Assembly (NCBI GenBank): GCA_013239625.1
Contig: MU054400.1
Location: 603,146 to 667,145, forward strand
Source: Lama guanicoe
Lineage: Eukaryota
Length of the DNA: 64,000 bases
Direction: 5' to 3'
The notes beneath the pieces were generated by a model. It was given only the letters and a program-made list of their open reading frames with translations, was not told the origin of the DNA and did no database searches. Position 1 is the first letter of the stretch. Each line of letters opens with the position of its first letter. This document shows, one piece after another, positions 12,508-24,989 of the stretch. The position numbers were made by a program, and so were the translations under genes.

Positions 12508-12644
12508 GGGGGGAGGATATAGCTCAAGTGGTAGAGCGCATGCTTAGCATACACAAGGTCCTGGGTTCAATCCCCAGTACCTCCAATAAAAATAAACAGA
12601 TAAGTAAACTTAATTACCTCCACCCCTCAAAAAAATAAATAAAT
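12508..12644 (+). mobile_element. Vic-1-like tRNA-derived SINE
   Basis: A box tagctcaagtggtaga, B box gggttcaatccc, taattacctcc 3' block, A tail. Confidence 0.9.
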
Positions 12645-13479
12645 GGGTAAACACTTTAATGGCCTTTGAAGGCAATTTCCAGAAGATGTAGGTTGTTAAT
12701 AGCTAAGACAATGTTTCCTAAACTGCATTCCCTGGGACACCAGTTCCGGGAAGGTGTTCATAGATATTTGTTAAACAGTGGGGGAGGGGTGGTAAAGTTC
12801 TATAGTCAACCTGGGAAATGCTGGATTACAGACATTTGAAGAGCTTCTCAAAGCCTTTAATAAACTAATGGTCATGGCCAGTGTCCAACAGAGGGATCCA
12901 GAAGGGAGTTTCGCTCGCACATTGGCCACAGAGAACTTTCCTGAGAAGCGTCTTACAGTGCTAGTGTGCAGAGGAATATAGGGAACCGGCATCACTCTGG
13001 GTGCTCAGCCAAGGACTGTAGACAAAATTCGGTTACAAAGGAGATCTAGAGAGAGGCGGGGAGAGGATGTGAAAACTGAAGAGAGAGACCCCCTTTTCTG
13101 TTCCCCTTGCAGACGGGGTCATCAGACTTTTAAGATCTTAGCCACTGTGGGCTTCCACCTGCTCTTCTAGATTCTTCCGTGGGAGGAGGGGGCCACACAA
13201 GAGGAATTCTGATTCCCTCTTCCTCCTCTGATGCACTGTAGTAGCTGAGAGAGTGAGACCAGGAAACCTAGAGAATACTTCTTGGTTCTCAGTCCACTAA
13301 AAGACTGAGGGCTTTAGTAAGTACCTTCAGAAAGAGCTGTATTCCTGCTAGAAAGTGGCGGGGGGTGGGCTTTTTTAAAAGGACTATGCAATATATATGT
13401 GTATTTGAAACTGACAAAACGAAAGGGAGAGTCTAGAAAAAGCGTTCCAAGTGAATCCCAGACTTTATCTCCCATGAAA

Positions 13480-13688
13480 CAGTGGTTTTCAACTGGAGGT
13501 GATTTTGCCCCCTTCATTGGACATTTGACAGTGTCTGGAGACATTTTTGGTTGTCACAACCAGGGAGGAGGGATCTAGTGGGTAGTGGCCAGGGATAATG
13601 CTGAACATCCTAGAATGCACAGGACCTCCCCCTCCAACAAATAATTATCAGACCTGAAATGTCAATAGTGCCACTGATAGAAACCTTG
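13480..13688 (+). mobile_element. MER20 (hAT-Charlie) DNA transposon
   Basis: cagtggttttcaactggaggtgattttgcccc...ctggagacatttttggttgtcacaac...aatgtcaatagtgcc. Confidence 0.85.
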
Positions 13689-14479
13689 TCTTCAAAGTTT
13701 CTCTAAAACATCACCTTCAATTTAAAATTTAGAATGTTGCTTAAATTCAGCTATTTTACCACAAAGAATCAGGGGACATTTATTCAGAAGAAAATTCACA
13801 CTTATCAATTTGGAGGTCCAAATCTTAGTCAACAATACTATTTTGTACATTTAAACAACATCACAAAGAGCACTACACATTTTGCAAGGAGACATACAAA
13901 TAAAACAACTCACAGCAAATATTTCCTTTAATTTAAAATTTTAGGATGTTGCTTGGAGTCAGCTGTTTCAGCACAAAGAATATAGAGGAAATTTATTACT
14001 TAGAAAGGATAAAAAAGTACAAATAAATAAATATTATGAGTGGAGACGGGAGGGACCCCACTCCTGGCTATATCATTAGAGATAATTCTCACACAGGTAC
14101 ACAGACATGCAAGAGGATATTTTACCACAAAGTTATTTGTGGTGGTTGGAGAGCTGGACACAATAAGGCATCCATTACTGGAATGTTCTATCACAGTCAA
14201 AAGAAATAAACTAGATATACACACAACAATGGAAATACATCTTTAAAGCACAGTGCTGAATGGGGCAGGAGGTGGGGCAGGGTGAGTAAGGAAGAGAAAG
14301 AGATCTCCAGCACAATACTGTTGATGGAAATTAAAATTACATGCCTACAAAACAACACCTCATGCTTCCAAGAACACTCACAAATAGATTAGATTTACGA
14401 ATCTGAAGCACTGCACACACTTTATGGTTGGACTCTTAGGAATTAGTCTCTACTGCCACCTGGTGATAGCAATCCAAAA

Positions 14480-15190
14480 TTGAGGCATAATTCTGTTTCT
14501 ACTTCTACCGAGGTATAATTTATATACTATGAAATGCACAGATCTTAAATCTTTAATTTGATGAATTTTGACATTGTATACATCAATGTATTATCACTCT
14601 AAACAATATAGAGAAGATTTCCATCACTCCAGAAAATTCCCTCCTGCACTTTGCAGAAGATCCTCCCCCCACCCTAAAAGCAACCAGTGATTCGTTTCTG
14701 TTAGTATAAATAGGCTTTGCCTGTTGTAGAACTTCATGTACATGAAATCATACCACATGTACTCTTTTGTGTTTGCCTTCATTCGGGAAGTATAATGTTT
14801 TCAATTCATCTATGTTAAAGCATGTATCAATAGTAAATTCATTTTTATTATTGAGTAGCATTCCATCCCAGGGATGTTTCACAGCTTATCTATTCACTGG
14901 TTGACAGACATTTGGGTTGTTTCCACTTTCGGACTATTAAAAATAAAGCTTCTAAAAATATTCATGCAGAAGTCTTTGCGTGGACATATGTTTTTATTTA
15001 TTTCCAGTGGAATTACTGAGTCATAAGGAAGATGTAAGTATAATTTTTTAAGAAACTCTCAAAATAATTCTCCAAAGCAGTTATATCATTCTCCACATTC
15101 ACCAACAATGGTTTATATAAACAATAAAAAAATGGACAATTTTAGTTTATTCTTTTTAATTGCTGAGTACTATTCCATTGTAAGATTATA
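14480..15190 (-). mobile_element. Old L1 (L1M-type) 3' region
   Basis: gaggtataatttatatac...ttccatcactccagaaaattccctc...gacatttgggttgtttccac. Confidence 0.75.
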
Positions 15191-15859
15191 TCCTAGTCTC
15201 AGACTTTCAGCCTCCAGGACTGTGAGAAAATAAATTTCTATTGTTTAAAATAGAAAGAAAAGATGGACAACCCAATTTATTTAAATGGGTAAAAAGACAT
15301 AAACAGATCCTTGATGATGTGCAAATAGCCAAAAAGCATGCATGATGTCCTGGGTTCAAGAATAAATAAATAAGTAACCTAATTACCTTCCCCCACCAAA
15401 AATAGAGTATTCCCATCTCAAAATCCTAGCTTAATCACATATACCAAATTCCTTTTGCCATGCAACTTAACAAATTCTTAGGTTTTGAGAATGAGGAAGT
15501 GAACATCCTTGGGGGCCCATTACATCCAGGGACCTTAGAACATATTTGAAGATCACATGTTTTGACCCCATAGCATCTTGAAGCTAGAAGCTGCCTGCCA
15601 CCTGGGGACATTTCTTAGGCTTGACAGGAGGTGGCGCTGCAGGGGTGGGTAGGATTTGTAGCTTGTGTTGAGACTAGCCTGGTTGGGAGATCAGACGTCT
15701 TAAAGGTTCCCTTGTCCTCCAAGCCAGCCCGCAGAGCATGGTACTGCCACGGCTGCCGCCGTGAGGAGGTGCTGTCAGTGTGCCAGAAGCTTCATTACAG
15801 CACTTAACAAAAAGAGTCCCGGCGATCCCATCGAGTAGCTGTTGTTACCCCCCTGTTAT

Positions 15860-16385
15860 TGAAACCTAGTCCCCCTAAAACTGAGTTCCCTGCTGAGATT
15901 AACCTCTCTATCCAAAACTTTGTATTCTTTCCTGTCCCCTCTGTCTTCCATCCCGTGCTAACTGGACACCAATCAACCAGATCAGATGACTAAAATTGCT
16001 CTTGTTAAAAAAATTTTTTAATAAAATAAAATAAAATTGCTGTTGTTGATAACATCCTTAACTTACAGACTCAGCTTGTTCCTTCAGGCAAGATGAGCTG
16101 ACAGATCCCTGGGTCACTGACCACCAGACCAGGGACTCCTAAACCATAGGTATCCTGACTCTTGAAACTATGATTAAGAAATGTCAGAAGATGATGATTA
16201 ACCCCAGCTGCTTTGTCCTTCCCCTTAAAAAACCCCTAACTCGAAGGCCAAGCTGGAGTGGATCTGAGGCTTGTCCCCAGCTCCCTTGCTTGGCGCCCTG
16301 CAATGAGCCGTTACTTTGCTGCAAACACTTGCTGTCAGAGTTTGGCTTTCTCCCCAGGGGCACACGAGGCCACTGCTTGGTTACA
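15860..16385 (+). mobile_element. ERV1-class solo LTR, TG...CA, 4-bp TSD TTAT, inserted in a MIR
   Basis: TTAT|TGAAACC...GGTTACA|TTAT; clearly homologous to the reverse complement of 60001-60491. Confidence 0.88.
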
Positions 16386-16783
16386 TTATGAAAGAGGAAA
16401 CTAGCCCTCAGAGAGATTTAGGAGTTTACTCAAGGTCACACAGCTACTAAATGCTAGAACCTCAATCAAACAAGGGCTGGCCTGCTGCAGAGCCCTGCAC
16501 TTTCCATCTTGCCAGTGTCTCTCCTCAGCCTCGCCCCTCCTCAGAGTGGCCTCAGAATCCCAGAGAGGAAGGGATAGCAGTGGCTGGACCGTGTCAAAAA
16601 GAGCATGTCCTAGTGAGGATCTTAGGACCCTTGCTCCAGATTGGGAAGGAAGAGGTGGGCAGAAGCCAGGACCATATTCACTTCTGGGGCGGGGAGGGGT
16701 GTCTTTGGGTAGCTGGCAGAGCTTGGGGAGGAAATGATCCCCAGGGAGGGGCAGACAAGGCCTGAGGCCTCACCTTCAACACT

Positions 16784-17382
16784 GTCCACATGGCGACATA
16801 GCAAACATTAATCAAGTGCCATTGAGCCCAAGAACAGGAAGCTCCCTCACCTGTTTGGATCAACGCCCATGGGCTGCTGACAGCCTGTGTGGTCTGGCCA
16901 CTCAAGATGGCTATCCTCTTGCTCTCTGTACATCCCCTGCTCCACCAGTGCCCGCTTCACTTACACCAACTCAGTCATACATGGCTGACTTTCCTATGTA
17001 CTTCCCACCTCACTCCCCCTGGCCACCCCAGCTAGTGATTGCTCTAATCTTTAAATCAGAACATCTCCACCAGGGAGCTCATTAAAGGGGCAGTGAGAGG
17101 TGTGTTTCTCTGCTGGTTTCCCTGGTAACCAATGAGCCAACCTGACGTCAATTGCCCCTATAATTGGTAACCTCCCTCTCCTCGCAGAAGCAAAGAATGC
17201 TGCCCTGTCCTGCCTGTTGTCTGCCACACACAGCGGGTTGTTACCCCAGGACCTTGCTTCAGACATGTAAGATCCCCTATTCATTAAACTATTGATGTCT
17301 CTGTACTGACTCCAGGCTTTTTCTTCGGTCCTGAGGCTGGGTGAGTCCAGGGCCTGCAGGCCTGTGGGGTACAGCCCAGCGC
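16784..17382 (+). mobile_element. Probable ERV solo LTR (boundaries approximate)
   Basis: CCAAT box near 17129, ATTAAA signal near 17284, U5-like end ggggtacagcccagc. Confidence 0.45.
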
Positions 17383-17489
17383 AGCCCCGACTGGAAGTGA
17401 GCACCCTGCCTCCGGAGGGTGTGTACCACCACCAAGGAGGGGCTCCCGAAGGAAAGACTTTCCAGGACTCCTAGGACCCACACTGAGGA

Positions 17490-17916
17490 TGTTACCGAAC
17501 GCGAGTTCGTGTGCCCCAAGCTCAGTGAGGCAAAACAGACCGAAACGTCGGAGTTTGGAGCAAAAAAAGGTTTATTGCAGGGCCAAGCATGGAGAACAGG
17601 TGGCTCGTGCTCAAAAAACCTGAACTCCCCAGTGCTTTTCAGGGAGATTTTATAGGCAAAATCTGGGGTAAGGGCTTCAGGGTATGTGAATTCGTTCTGA
17701 TTGGTCAGTGGTGAGGTAATGGAGCGGGAGTTCCAGGAATCTTGTGCTCAGCCTGAAGTTACCATCCTCCACCTGGGTGGGGGCCTAGTTCTGGCAGAAC
17801 TCAAAGATATTGTTATGTATATTCCTTCAGGAGGACCCAGGACCTTGCCCCATCACTGCACTATTGTTTCTTAACTGCTCCTCCTTTGTTTCTGCCTTCC
17901 CTACTTCACTCATTAG
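17490..17916 (-). mobile_element. ERV1-type LTR, truncated
   Basis: Begins TGTTACCGAA; ggtttattgcagggccaagc (AATAAA on minus), ttttatagg (TATA) and ctgattgg (CCAAT) in LTR order. Confidence 0.7.
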
Positions 17917-19829
17917 CTGAGAGTGTGTTGCATGTCCTGTGGAGGCTGCCTCCAGCTGACCCACGTGAACCTCTGAGCAGTTCTCCCGTATCAGGAGACT
18001 TCAACTGGATCCCTGTTGGTCCAGGCTTATGAAGTCCTGGGGTCCTGTGAGTGAATTTATCCTACAGGTAAGGGATCAGCATATGGGAAAGATTTAGTGA
18101 CATCTGAGACTGCTGTCTGACTAGCAATACTCCTTCTCCTGGTAACAGGTACTCAGATTGCTTTGGAGACCTACTGACCCCATTGGATACAATCTTTGAG
18201 GACTGTCCATCAAAATGCCCTACCTTTCCTGGTCAGGAAGTGAACTCTAGCAGGTTCTATCTTGGGCCCAGTTCTTTCGATTTTCATCTAATTTTTTGTG
18301 TAGCTCCTATAGCAGGCACTGTAGCAGGCCCCACCCACAACTTGGCACTCACCATTCCTGTGCAGAATGAGAGAACTGGGAGGAAGGGTCTTCTGAGGGA
18401 GGAGCCATGGTGGGCCAGGAACAACATTTGCATCCCTGAGGGAAAAGGTTGAGGTGGTAGGTTAGGGCAGGCCCTGATCTATGGGTTAAAGTCTGGTCTG
18501 TTGGGGATGGACTGTTAAGGGGACCAGGGGAATGCAGAGATGCCAGTTAGGAGGCTGATGCAAAAATGTCCATTTCTGGGTGTATGATACCCAGTATCCC
18601 GCACACCAGGTGTTCCTGCTCAGACCCTACACCAAAGACAGCACGCTGCATAGTTAACTTCCTTCGTGTAAAACCTATAAAATTGCCCAGTGCAGGGTAT
18701 CCTAGACGTACTGTTTCTGCTTTGGATAGAGACAGTTAGAGCTGGATTTCTCACTCCAGTCTCAGTCCTGCTGTCACAACACCTGGACTGGATGTCGCTC
18801 TTATCCTAGGCTTTGATGTTCCTTCTCAGGGTAGGGGGTGTAGCCTGAGTTAAGGCTTGGAGCCATAAAAGAGCCTGTTGGGTGGTTCTGTCTGATGCAG
18901 TGAAGGGTTAAGTGGCCAGAGATGAAGTTAGAGAGGCCAGCAAAGGCCCGGCCATGGAGGAATGTTTATGCAATGCCAAAGGGTTTGGTTTTCATCTTCA
19001 AGTCAATAGAGATTGAATAGTTTTAATGAAGCAAAGGGAAGGACAGGCTGTGGAGCTGACTGTGTCCAGACCTGGCCTCCATGGAGTGGATGCCCACACC
19101 TGGGCTGCTCAGAACAGGTAGATGGGGGGTGGGGAGAGGAGGCAGGCATCTGGGGCTGGAGGAAGAGTGGAACAGGATGTGGGCTGAGAGGCCAGGTCCA
19201 GGGGCAAGGTGGTCATGTTGACTGTGCTATCTGGCAGGCTCAGGACCTCATTGAGCTCAGTTTACCCAGTTTAAGTCAAACAAGGCCCCTGTCCCCTCCA
19301 CCCGTCAGCAGGGTTCATGACTCAGACCTAATGGATGCTGTATTGCCGTCATCAAGGAGGGGCTGTATTGCCGGAGGAGCTGGGCACCCATCCAGGTCTC
19401 AGCAGGCAGCCTGAAGTCTGCTTGAGTGAGGCTGGGTAGTGTCAGCTCAGCCAGCAAGCTCGGCCCAGGCCTTCACTGTGACCTGGGGCAGAAGGTGGAA
19501 GAGTCTCTAGCAGCCCTGCCTGAGCTCTGTTCTGTCCTTATTGTGTTGATCCCAGCACTTGTGTAGGTGCCCAGGACTTTTAGGGCTTGGCCTCTATTCT
19601 GCTTATAGGAATCTTCACTCAAACTACTTCCTTGGCATCATAGAGGCTGCACATGTCTCTCCTCTTACTGTCCTCTTCTGGGAGTCAGGCTGGAGGTGGT
19701 ACATGTCAGTGGGTCCATTTCTCAGATGGGAGCACATGCACAGGCTCAAAGAGAAGGGATGCACCCAAGTTCACTCAGTGAGTTGGTGGCTGGGATGAGA
19801 CCTGAGTATGAGCTGGCTTCTCCTGCCAC

Positions 19830-20243
19830 TCACTTCCTTGTTCACTCAGCTCCAGCCATCATGGGTTCTTTGATGCTTTCCTCCTGAGCATACTAAGCTT
19901 ATCCCATGCCAAGCTTGTTCCTGTCCCAGGGCCTTTGCATTTGCAGTTCCTCCACTTGTCAGGCTCCCCCCTAGATCTCTGCAGAACCTGCTCCTTCTTG
20001 CTCAAACATCACCATCTATAAGAACAGCTTCCTTCCATTTTGTCACTTTCTCACCTTACAACATAATTTCTCTTCGTATAACATAATATGTGCTTATTTT
20101 GTATTTCTTTGTAGTTTGTCACCACTAGAATGTAAGTGCCTGGAAGACAGGGACTTTTCTCCATCTTATTCATAGCAGGCCCCTGGTGGCTAGAATAGTG
20201 CATGAAATAGGAGGCACTTAATATTTGTTGAAGGAATGAACAA
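19830..20243 (+). mobile_element. L2 3' fragment
   Basis: cagggcctttgcatttgcagttcc...ctagaatgtaag...aatatttgttgaaggaatgaa. Confidence 0.65.
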
Positions 20244-20574
20244 ACGCGCAGATCACCTCACTCCTGGTGCGGATCTTTCTGTCTGTACCTCTCTGCATCC
20301 CAGAGAAGCCAGAGCAGGGGGATAGTGAGAGAAGGGTTGGCTCAGGCTGCAGGGAGGCAGTCTTGCCCCTTTGCCAGAGGCACACCAGGCACGCTGAAGC
20401 AGGCCATGGCGTCTGAGGTCTGGTGTGTGTCAGCGGGTTCTCTGGGGCTCTCATGGTCTCCCAGGAGCATTGGGGGACCAATAGGGATAACAATTGCCTC
20501 CACTTCACACCTCTTTCCCAATGCTGGGACCATCTCTGTCCTTGGACCCGCTGTCCTCTGCCCCCCTCTTAGAA

Positions 20575-21320
20575 CCAGCACTCAATATTTATTGGGCACC
20601 CACTGTGTGCCAGGCTCAGGATTGGGCACCCAGAGAGCTTCATCAGCAGGGTGGGCAAGCAATCACCACCAGAGCACAGGGGGAAGGCTCTGACAGGGAG
20701 TAAGAGCAGTGGGATGGGGCATTCAGGGTGGGCAGCAATGACCTTGCTCAGGTAGGTAAAGGGCAGTAGGGAAGGTTTCAGAAGTGGGGAATATTTGAAT
20801 TGGTTCTTAAAGGATGGATGGGGGTGAGGCGGATAGAGATGGGAGGCTGGGGTATTGCCAGCAGAGAGAATAAATTGTGCAAAGGATTCAGTAGGACTGA
20901 AGAAGTGAGTCCAGAGTGGGGCTGGGCAAAGGTGAGGCTGATAATGTTGGTGGGAATCAGATGTTGAAGGGCCTTGAACACCAGGATAAGGAGCCTGTGC
21001 TTCATCCTGCTGACAGTGGGCACAATTACAGCATTTTGGGCGGCAGTGACTTGGTCTGGTTTGCGTTTCAGGAAGCTCATCCTGGCCGCTGTGTGCAGGG
21101 GTTTGGAGTGGCAGGTGGGGAGCCAGGGGTATGAGTTAGGAGACTATAGAGGTGGCTGGGTCAGAGATGAGGGCGGCCAGGACCAGGGGGTGAGGGTAGG
21201 TGTGGAAGGATAGATTCAAGAGCTGTTTAGGAAGCAGAACCGACATACTCAGTGGGAAGGCAGAGAGGGCAGTAGGGTTGGCTCCCAGGCTCCATGGCTG
21301 GAAGGTGATGGAGTGTGGGC
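20575..21320 (-). mobile_element. L2 fragment
   Basis: tatttattgggcacccactgtgtgccaggc followed by purine-rich L2 antisense motifs. Confidence 0.6.
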
Positions 21321-22366
21321 TGAGGCTGAGGGATTTGGCCCCCCGACCATTCCAGGCTCGTCTCGTGCCCCTGTCCACTCACTGCCCTCACCTTAGCCAC
21401 CTTGGCCTCTGGGGTCCCTGGACGTGCAGAGATTCATCCTGCCGCAGTTCTCTCACACATTGTTTCCTCTGTCCGCAACACTGTTCCTCTCTGCCGCAGC
21501 CTGCCCTGCCCACAACCCCCAGGCCTTCACTGATTTCCCAGATGGATGGGTCAGTCTTGGAGCCTCCTAAAGCACTGAGCGCGTCTCAGTCATGGGACTT
21601 ATCCCAGTGATGATGATATAGTTCTGCTGCTCATTTAGCACCAATCACCCACTTAACCACAAATTCCTTGAGGGCAGGAACTGTGTCTGACTTATTCCCT
21701 GCTGTATCCAAACACTCAGCATGGAGCTTGGCACCTAGCTACTCATTAAACTCTTGTTGAATGAATGAATGGATTCTGAATTAATGAATGAGGTTTATTT
21801 GGATATACTGACACCCATGGGGTGCTGCCCAATAGCAGTTGGATTTAGGAGTCAGGCTCACACTTTGGTTGAAGGACAGATTAGGAAGTTTGTTACTGTG
21901 AGTGAATCTGGTAGGTTGTTTGAGGACAGAGACCTTGGGCAGTGGGTGGCGGTAGGTGGGCTCCGCGCCCTATAGGCTGCCCTTGACTTTGAAGGATGCA
22001 GTATTCAAGTTTTCTGGTTCCTTGAAGCAGCTAGAACCATCAGCAGCTATTCCTGGCACATTCATAGAGGTCTAAGGTCCAAAACAAAGGAGGTGACAAG
22101 TTCCTTTTCTCCCCTGTCTCCTTCTCCCTCTAACCTGGGACACTGGCAGGGAGACTTGGGGACCAGGTGAGACATGTAGAGAGGCCCAGGAGTTTCATCA
22201 TATGCAAGCGTTGGGGTCTGGACCTGTTCAGCCTAGAGGTGCTCATCTGGATTTCATGCAGGTGCAGGAGGCTAGAGACAAAGCCAGGACCCGCACCAAG
22301 GAGTCTCAGGGAAGCAGACTTCTTGTGTGAGGAAGGACTCTGTTCAAAACTGAACTGTCCAGCAGT

Positions 22367-22730
22367 AAAGACAAATACTGCATGATATCATTTATATGTG
22401 GAATCTAAAAAATAAAACAAACTAGTGAATATAGCAAAACAGAAACAGACTCACAGAGGGAATAAACTAGTGGTTTCCAGTGGAGAGAGGGAAGAGGAGA
22501 GGGGCAAGATAGGGGAAGGGGACTGAGGTACAAACTACTATGTATAAAAAATAAATAAGCTGTGAGGATACATTGTACAACACAGGGAATATAACCAATA
22601 TTTTATAATAACTATAATTGGAATAGAGAATTTAAAAATTGTGAATCACTACATTGTACACCTGAAACTTAATATTGTACGTCAATTAAAAATAATTTAA
22701 TTTAAAAACTGAGACCTTAAAAAAAAAAAA
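22367..22730 (+). mobile_element. 5'-truncated L1 3' end with A tail, inside an older CR1/L3-like remnant
   Basis: aaagacaaatactgcatgatatcatttatatgtggaatctaaaaa...tgtacacctgaaact; TCCAGCA duplicated at 22358 and 22731. Confidence 0.85.
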
Positions 22731-23481
22731 TCCAGCAATGAAACTGCTCCCCATCCCTGGAGAATGAGTGACTTCTTGGGGGCTGCTGCAGGAAGGCCTG
22801 AGTAGAAGATAGGAAACAGGACCTAGATGACCTTTAAAGTTCCTCTTCCTTTATGAGATGACGCTCTTGCCTTAGGACAGGTAAATATTTGTTCGGCCCA
22901 GCTACAATGGAAGGTCACCTGCCGCCTGCCGCTTACCGCCTGCCACCTGCCACCTGCCTCAGAGTCATTCCTGAGAAGGGGCAAGAGGATCTTGAAGCTG
23001 AGTCATGGACCTCAGGCTGGGCTTGGCTGTAGATCTGGGGCTTCTATCAGTCTCTAGGGGTGACTGCCTGCAGCCCCCAAAGGGGCTATTCTTGAACAAG
23101 AATCCTTCCCACTTAACTGTTTCTACAATGCATCTGTAGTCTTGAAATCTTTCGAAGTAAAAAGGTCAAAAAACAACAACAACAACAACACTAAAACTTG
23201 AATTCAAATATTTCAGAGTAAGGCTCAGCACCTGCAGTTTAAAATTCTCCCCAGGGAAATTTAATCTGCAGATGGAGCTGAAAATCACTGATCTAAATGA
23301 ATTAGAGAAATGCATATGTAAATACAATTTTATTATTCTTTTTATAAATCAGAAATTCTTTGAAAGCAGATAACCAAATATCTTATTCATATATATATAT
23401 AGTATAAGTACGGGGGACTTTTGGTATTGATTTTTCTTGAACAGATCTTATTTGTATTTAACCCATTTAAATGTAAATATA

Positions 23482-23617
23482 GGGAGAGAGGATATAGCTC
23501 AGAGGTAGATCAATGCTTAGCATGCAGGAGGTCCTAGGTTCAATCCCCAGTACCCCCACTAAAATAAATAAATAAATAAGCCTAATTACCTCCCCACCCC
23601 CCCAAAAAAGAAAAAAT
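23482..23617 (+). mobile_element. Vic-1-like SINE about 0.8 kb upstream of SPINK4
   Basis: tRNA-like head, cctaattacctcccc block, A tail, AATGTAAAT duplication. Confidence 0.88.
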
Positions 23618-24298
23618 GTAATGTAAATGGACATAGAATACATGCAAAGCACAAAGGCATCTTCTTTGTTCTATCTTTATTTTGCCTTCTTTTCCTGTCA
23701 GTTTTGCCCTCTACGTGGTACAAATAAATAAAAATCAATGAAAAGCATAATTTCTATTTACATTTATACCTCATTTCATATTCTGCAAAATGTTTTCCCA
23801 TCTGCTATCCTCACTCACATCTTCACAGCAGCCCTAGGAGGGGGACAAAGTCAGAATTATTATCCCCACTTTGTGGTGGGTAAACTGAGGTCCAGTTAAG
23901 GAAAGTGGCTTTTCTGAGGTCACAAAGTTGGTTAGTGGCATCATTGGCAAAGGAGCCCATGATTCCAGCCCCTTGTCTCTGTCTCTGACCACCTTCCAGT
24001 TGCTTTTTTTTCCTCAATTGTATCCAGTTGCTTTTTGGTTTGTTTTCTTTTTGATCTCTCTCTCTGTCTCTCCCCGACTTAGTTTCTCTCTGCTTTTCTC
24101 TTTCTACTTCAATTTCCCTCTCCCTCTTGCTCCAGTCCTTGGACTGGAGTCAGCTTTGCAAGTTGTCCAGACCTTTCCTCTCTTCCAAAATCTGCCAGCC
24201 ACAGCCCAGCCCCAGGCCACCACAGGCTCTGCTGAGAGCAAGCCCTTTCTGGAAGCCAGAGTGTGGAAATTACCTCTGGGTGACACTCCCCGCCTCTC

Positions 24299-24342
24299 CA
24301 TCTGGCCCCAGATAAGATAAGGGTGGGCATCGGCACTATAAA
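24299..24342 (+). promoter_or_regulatory. SPINK4 proximal promoter: tandem GATA sites, KLF/CACCC box, TATA box
   Basis: AGATAAGATAA 24310-24320, GGGTGGG 24321-24327, TATAAA 24337-24342. Confidence 0.7.
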
Positions 24343-24397
24343 CAGCTTTCCTGGCCCAGGCCCCAGCCAGCTCAGGCCACTGCAGTCCAAGATCAGC

Positions 24398-24458
24398 ATG
24401 GCTGTCCGCCTGTGGGTAGTTACCCTGGCCTTGGCTGCCCTTTTCATTGTGGACAGGG
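24398..24458 (+). CDS. SPINK4: SPINK4 coding exon 1 (signal peptide)
   Basis: AGCATGG start; MAVRLWVVTLALAALFIVDR plus 1 nt; donor GTGAGT at 24459; TATAAA about 60 nt upstream. Confidence 0.95.
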
Positions 24459-24989
24459 GTGAGTGGGCAAAGCCTGGATTCTCTGTGGTTTGGTGTTGGT
24501 AGGTGAGCTTGGGGTCGGGGCAAGAGGCAGGGATCTGGAACACCCTGGGAGGCCTTGGTTTTTTGCATGTACCTTCTTTCTGCACCCTGGGCTAGGAGAA
24601 AAGATACCTGTTCAATGCTAGAGTTCAAACGCTAACTCTGGCCTAGAATTACAAAAGTCCCCTCCCCTCTGGGGGTCTCCAGCTATAAAGTAGGAGGAGG
24701 TTGTTGTAGTTCAAAGCTGCAGTGGGCAACTACTGGGCTAGAGATCGGGGAGGCAGAAGGGAGCAGGCCTGTCTGCAGGAAGATAGGCAAGTCTGCTGGA
24801 TGCAGGGTGGTAGGTGCCGGAGGAAGCCTGGTCTGGGTCCTCTGAGCTCCCATCTGCTCTGTCAGGCTGTGGTTGTGGGCCTGAGGGTAGCCATGTGAAC
24901 ACATGGGAGCCCTCACCCTGGGCTGGACACATGCTGCTGGAGTGGGGCCTCCTCAGGGCTTGGGGCATTTCTGCAATCTCACACCTGCT

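Noticed and set aside
12508..12585. tRNA-Ala gene calls at SINE heads
   Set aside because: They are dispersed diverged copies with A tails and TSDs, so SINEs rather than tRNA genes.
13760..13930. AT-rich segment resembling a minus-strand 3' UTR end (AATAAA, TGTA)
   Set aside because: No associated coding exon, poly(A) tail or TSD was found, so I cannot assign it.
22917..22958. (CTGCCRC)n heptamer run upstream of SPINK4
   Set aside because: Short imperfect simple repeat with no evidence of function.
387..24300. Many 60-144 aa ORFs in the left intergenic region
   Set aside because: They mostly overlap MLT, L2, MIR, LTR and L1 remnants, often start at non-ATG codons, and show no recognisable protein family or splice-consistent structure.
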